64,000 nucleotides of DNA, from the NCBI GenBank assembly GCA_905178155.1, contig CAJINV010000002.1, positions 8,451,224-8,515,223 of the forward strand. The letters are read 5' to 3'. This DNA is from Amoebophrya sp. A120 (Eukaryota > Protista > Dinoflagellata). The first letter of the stretch is position 1; each line of letters starts with the position of its first letter. The notes below the pieces were generated by a model, which did no database searches, was not told the DNA's origin, and was given only the letters and a program-made list of their open reading frames with translations. Position numbers and translations under genes: made by a program. Of the stretch, positions 59,487 to 64,000 are shown one piece after another.

Positions 59487-60859
59487 TATGAACGTGCAAA
59501 ATGCAAAAGGGGTCAACCTAAACAGAGAAGTTTTTTCGTTGTTTGGGCAAAAAAACTTTTCATTTTCGGGCGTATTTGCCGGCACCAGCTGCCCCTTCTC
59601 CGCGCGATAGTGGATCGAGTTGCGCGTGTTAGGTTGCGCAAAAACAAGACTGATTGTCGTGTTAGAGGTGGTCGCAGGCCTTGCGCAGTGCCACAGCTGG
59701 CGCGATCCCGCAGCGCGCATCTGCGTGTGGTGCGGCAACTTAAAGACGCAACTCGCTGGGCGGTTGGGATGACGCATCTCACCCGTGGCGCGCCAGCTGT
59801 GCCTCTCAAGCAAGTCAAGCGTGATGGCCGCTGCAGTTGCATCAGCCTCCTGATCTGATTTTCGAAGCGCCCTCTCGCAGAGACCGGCCAACCCAATCTA
59901 CCGCAAAGCAACTCCAGCAAGCTCCCTTGCGGAGTTGCTCCGCGGGTTGCCGGGGAAATGTCCAGAGCTATTCTCGGACGCGAGCCAGAGTGCATCCACA
60001 TGCGGAAAAGGGTTAATCCTGGCCCGGGGTTCGGACATCCCGGAGCTTGCCCGGCACAATGTAGCAGAGGTCTCACCTCTCCCTTCCCCGTTCGCCGAAT
60101 GCCGCTCAATGAGAAGAATCTTCTCACTTTGGCGATTTTTTTGCCGGATTTTGCCAAAACTTCGGCAAAGTCCGGGTTTTTGGCGAAGTTTTGGCAAAAT
60201 CCGGCAAAAAAATCCCCAAAGTCAGAAGTTTCTTCTCATCGAGCGGCATTCGGCGAAGAAGGAAAGGAGACGAGAAATGTCGGCTCCAATGTGTCGCGCA
60301 AGCTCCGTGATCGGCGTGAGCCCCTGTCCAGGCTAAGCGCCCTCCCACATGCGGATGCGGCCTGTATTGCGTCCGGAGATGATCCTGGACACTCTCAAGG
60401 AGCAATTTCGCGCGGGCGCTTTCTGGAGTTGTTTTGCGGCAGACTGGGCGGCGCGGTCTCTGCGCAGAGGATTTTCGAGTGTTAGCAAACGCAAACGCTG
60501 GCGCGCCTCCAGCTGCCAGCTCCTTGAGAAACACAGTTGGCGCGCCTCGGCGGAGGTGTGTCACCTCAACCGCCCAAGCAGTTGCGCCGTTATATAGGTT
60601 CGCGCGCCACCTGTTGAGACACCTTCTAGGAGCGCTTCAACTGCAGCACCGCGCAAAGCTAAAGCCTGCGACAACCTAGATAGAGCGCGGCAGCCAGATT
60701 CGTTTTTGGGCACCTTAATACGTTCGCAGCATTCAATATTGCGCGGTGAAGGGGCACCTGGCGCGAGCAAATACGGCTGAAAATGAAAAGTTTTTTTGCC
60801 CAAACAGCAAAAAAACTTCTCTGTTTAGGTTGACCCCTTTTGCATTTTGCACGTTCATA
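59487..60859. mobile_element. Foldback-type non-autonomous transposon (1373 bp imperfect palindrome)
   Basis: Ends TATGAACGTGCAAAATGCAAAAGGGGTCAACCTAAACAGAGAAG... match in inverse orientation for >100 bp, and symmetry continues to a centre at ~60173. Flanking duplication AAATTTGT (8 bp), or AAAATTTGTT (10 bp) if the ends are one base shorter. Confidence 0.85.
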
Positions 60860-61828
60860 AAATTTGTTTCAGCAACGTTGTTCAAATGAGAATTTGCTTC
60901 GGCCGATGCTCTTCGCAAATATACTCGAGAAAGAGTTCTTGTTTGCGTCAACCTGTAGGGACCAAAATTCGAAGAAGATAGAATAGACCACCAAAAAATC
61001 CAAATCAGAAACTGCGAGGCAGAGTGCCATCAGGATGGCACAAGCACTTCAAAATCATCACGCCTATAATACAACTTCTATGTGGACACAGTGCCTTGGT
61101 TTTACTCCCCCACACAGAACAAGTCTGGCCATAATTTCCATTACCATTACACCGTGATTTGGATCTCATCGTTCATCGTGGTGCTCGTAAATTCTTTCTT
61201 GTGGCCCTAGATAGTCGCATCTTCAATGGTCGTGCTCTCGACTCTCTATTTGATCGAGCTTCAACATTATTTTGACCAAAATTGAATATGAATGCCTGCC
61301 TGAAACGATCTGGATCTCCGTCTTCTATGTCATTTATGATCCATGCAGTAAAGCTCATTGCGTAGCTTGCAACTCCTACCGAGCTGCGGTTCTCTTCCTG
61401 AGCATCGGGCACGGATCAAATGAATCCTTACTCTCGAAATACTATAAAGTAGAAGTAGATGATGTTCACGTTGAATGCAAATGCTGATTATCTCGCTTTT
61501 CATTTGTTGTTGTTCGAGAGAAAAAGCGACAGCCAAGCTGCGGCTCCGAGCGAGGTCCAGGTTTCAGAAAAAATAACATACGAGGCCTCCATGGAACATC
61601 AAAGGCAAGATGATGGTTGACCTGCTGACGGAGCAGGCAGCACAAGTCGGAGTTTATTCGCGACCTCGTCTCATGACTCTGATTGTCAGTGTCAGGACTT
61701 CGACATCATGTCGGGCCCCAGTGCTAACAAGCAAAGTTGTGTTTCTGACAGCTGTGGGCCACAAAACTGAAGGTAGCAGAGCAGGGACATTGTTTCTACG
61801 AGTACAACACGGATAAAGGTTTTTCGTT

Positions 61829-61914
61829 AGAGTGGGGTAACAATGAAATCCTTATCCGCCCCCCCGGCTTATCCGCCGGGGGGGCGGATAGGGATTTCAT
61901 TGTTACCCCACTCT
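61829..61914. mobile_element. 86-bp hairpin MITE/introner-like element
   Basis: 40-bp arms with one mismatch around loop TTATCC; flanks CGTT / TGTT. Confidence 0.7.
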
Positions 61915-62709
61915 TGTTCATAATTTCTGTTTTTTGGGTTTATTTCGGCGCTCTTCTTGGCAATTGTATCGGTCAGAGCGCTGGTGGTCCTAAGGCTTTA
62001 ACCCTTGTCGCGACGAAAAAATTAAAGCTACGACTACTATGCGCAGGTACAACCTTCGTTGGCACCAGCAGGAGCGGTCGTGCGTCAATACGAATATCAT
62101 ATACGTTCGTGGCTGGACCTGGTAATTCTATTGGATGTATCTTGAATTTCAATACTTTCGTTGATTTTCATTTCAGGGTTGGTATCTTCGACGGACACTG
62201 GGAGGTGTCTATGTGATGAGCCAAGATTGCATTCAACATATAAATTTATGTACACGCAGATCGCCGCGGCCGCTCTTTCACTTTTAACTTTTGCAGTCAT
62301 AAGAATCAAAATTTCATTCGGCGTCATATCGTTTGCGCAGGCAAAATAAAATCGAAAACACCCGGAACGCCCTGGTGGGCCTCAAGCTACAGGTGCTACA
62401 CTGAAGATGACTTGTCTGTTGGGTACATTTATATATCCGATGAGTACAACGCTTGTCCGGGATGAAAAAGCGTATGCTTTTTCTTGAGATGTATTCATAG
62501 CCACGAACAAATCGGCGCGCTTCTACTTTATCAGTGATGTTCATGATGATATTCATTATTTTATGATGAGTCCACGGGTTGTAAGGAAAGTTTCACAGAC
62601 ACAGATTTGCTGCTTTTGCGCGACACCACTGACGTCCTTTCCGTGCCTGTCACTCCTCCTCCTGCTGTAGTCCAAGTCCTAGTCACCTTGGTTGTTCTAC
62701 TTCCATATT

Positions 62710-64000
62710 TTACTCGTTACTTCTTGTTATCATTGTATGCTGCACCGGAGCGGTTTCGATTCCGAACGTTTCTCGTACCCCGTCATGGCGTTGCACCGAA
62801 ATCAGCAGCTCAAACTCCAGAGGTGCGCACCACTGGTCGGGCTCGGGGTACGGAAATTGCGTCGTCGTGTCGGGTTCCTCTATGCTTTGCAAAAGTATCT
62901 ATCGCACGCGTAACGTAAGCGTAGTGCAGTCATGCATGACAAATCTAAGTTTCTACCTCATCCATTATGACAATGGCAAACTGCATTTTTCTTCTTGGAA
63001 TTGGATGAAAGTTTTCATATAGTTAAGTATGATATCGATCATATCCAATTTGCAGCAGTACGATAGCGATAGTATTTTGCAGTGCATATCCTCCCACTGC
63101 AAGCGAATGGTGACGCGGGGACTCTCCTCGGGAAGAGGAAGACCTGCATAAGCCGAACTGCGCGGGAGCTTTGCAATAGCACCGGGAAAAATCCTCTCTG
63201 CAGCAGCACCCGCACCCCCGTGTGGTCTCCTGGCATCGGCAACCGCGGGAGCTTTGCCTGTCACGGCAAGATCCCTCTCTACTATTCCAGCAGCCTTACC
63301 ACGACTTTTAGCGGAGCTGACAAAACTTGCGAAGAACTGGACCCAGCCGATTTCCGGTTGCGCTTGAAACGACACATATTCGAGATCTAAATGGTCCAAA
63401 ATGTCCCGCGACAGGCCAGGAATTTTTGCTCTGTCTTTGGTACTGCTAGTGGAACTTTCCTGATGATTTTTTGGATCTGCAGGATGTTGAGCGTCCGAGG
63501 TTCTGCATCTGCCTGCACGCGGACACGAGGCGCAAGCGGACAGCGACGGCCCACTGTCCGCGAAATGAGTATCGGGCGGGCCATGATCGGTCGTTTCGTC
63601 TTCATTAAGTAGCCCCGTCATGCAGCTCCAGGACGAATTACGCCGCTCTTGCATTTTCATTCTCGCAGCACTAGACATATCGCCCTCATCACCGCCAGCA
63701 TCAGGCTGCTCCCGCGTGTGCGCCACGATGAACACTGTCTCTGGTATCAAGTACTGCGACCAGAGCGACGTGATGGGTCGCACGATGTCCGTTCCTTCGG
63801 CTGCTGTAGCGAGTCGCTCTTCCGCGTCTGCACTATTCGGGTTGCTGTTGATGCTGTCAACATGCATGTCATCTTGCGTGTGCTGCTGCTCGCGTAAGAA
63901 GTCTTGCTCCACTTCTTCAAGACCGTCACTAATGCTGCTTCTTCCATCCGCATTCGATACATCCGGCGACCGCCAATTGAACAACAGCGCAGATTCCCGG
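62710..64000 (-). CDS. Hypothetical protein, 5' end outside window, split by introner D
   Basis: Frame is open to the window edge; ...VTIRLQWE|EPDTTTQFPYPEPDQWCAPLEFELLISVQ reads through after removing 213 nt. Confidence 0.65.
62881..63088. mobile_element. Introner copy D (208 bp, 5-bp TSD TCCTC)
   Basis: TIRs TATGCTTTGCAAAAGTATC / GATAGTATTTTGCAGTGCATA; TCCTC at 62876-62880 and 63089-63093; shares the internal GCAGTCATGCATGACAAATCT with copy B. Confidence 0.88.

Noticed and set aside
59442-60803. ORFs within the foldback element
   Set aside because: Mirror-image ORFs arising from the palindrome; no recognisable protein features.
1-64000. Stop-codon reassignment as an explanation for broken ORFs
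   Set aside because: ORFs over 1000 aa are open in the standard code, and the breaks examined are explained by introns or introners.

Overview
Eukaryotic, gene-dense DNA in which every credible gene lies on the minus strand over the full 64 kb. The proteins are long and rich in low-complexity insertions, and the genes mix canonical GT-AG introns with short non-canonical introns bounded by terminal inverted repeats (TIRs). This combination points to a parasitic dinoflagellate of the Amoebophrya/Syndiniales type (inference). Recognisable genes: Nup107/Nup84, an EEF1AKMT4/METTL13-type methyltransferase, a tail-anchored Qc-SNARE-like protein, a Ppx/GppA-family protein and three giant single-pass membrane proteins, two of which look paralogous. 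There is also a 1027-aa intronless protein with a signal-like N-terminus and an ordered set of EAL (c-di-GMP phosphodiesterase) catalytic motifs, which is unexpected in a eukaryote. Five copies of one introner family (about 150-210 bp, TIR TATnnnnTGCAAAAGTATC, 5-bp target duplication) interrupt five genes in both orientations; removing element + 5 nt rejoins the reading frame each time. Also present: a 2-kb hAT-like non-autonomous element, a 1.37-kb foldback element and an 86-bp hairpin MITE-like element. All protein assignments come from motif recognition by eye; no database search was run.
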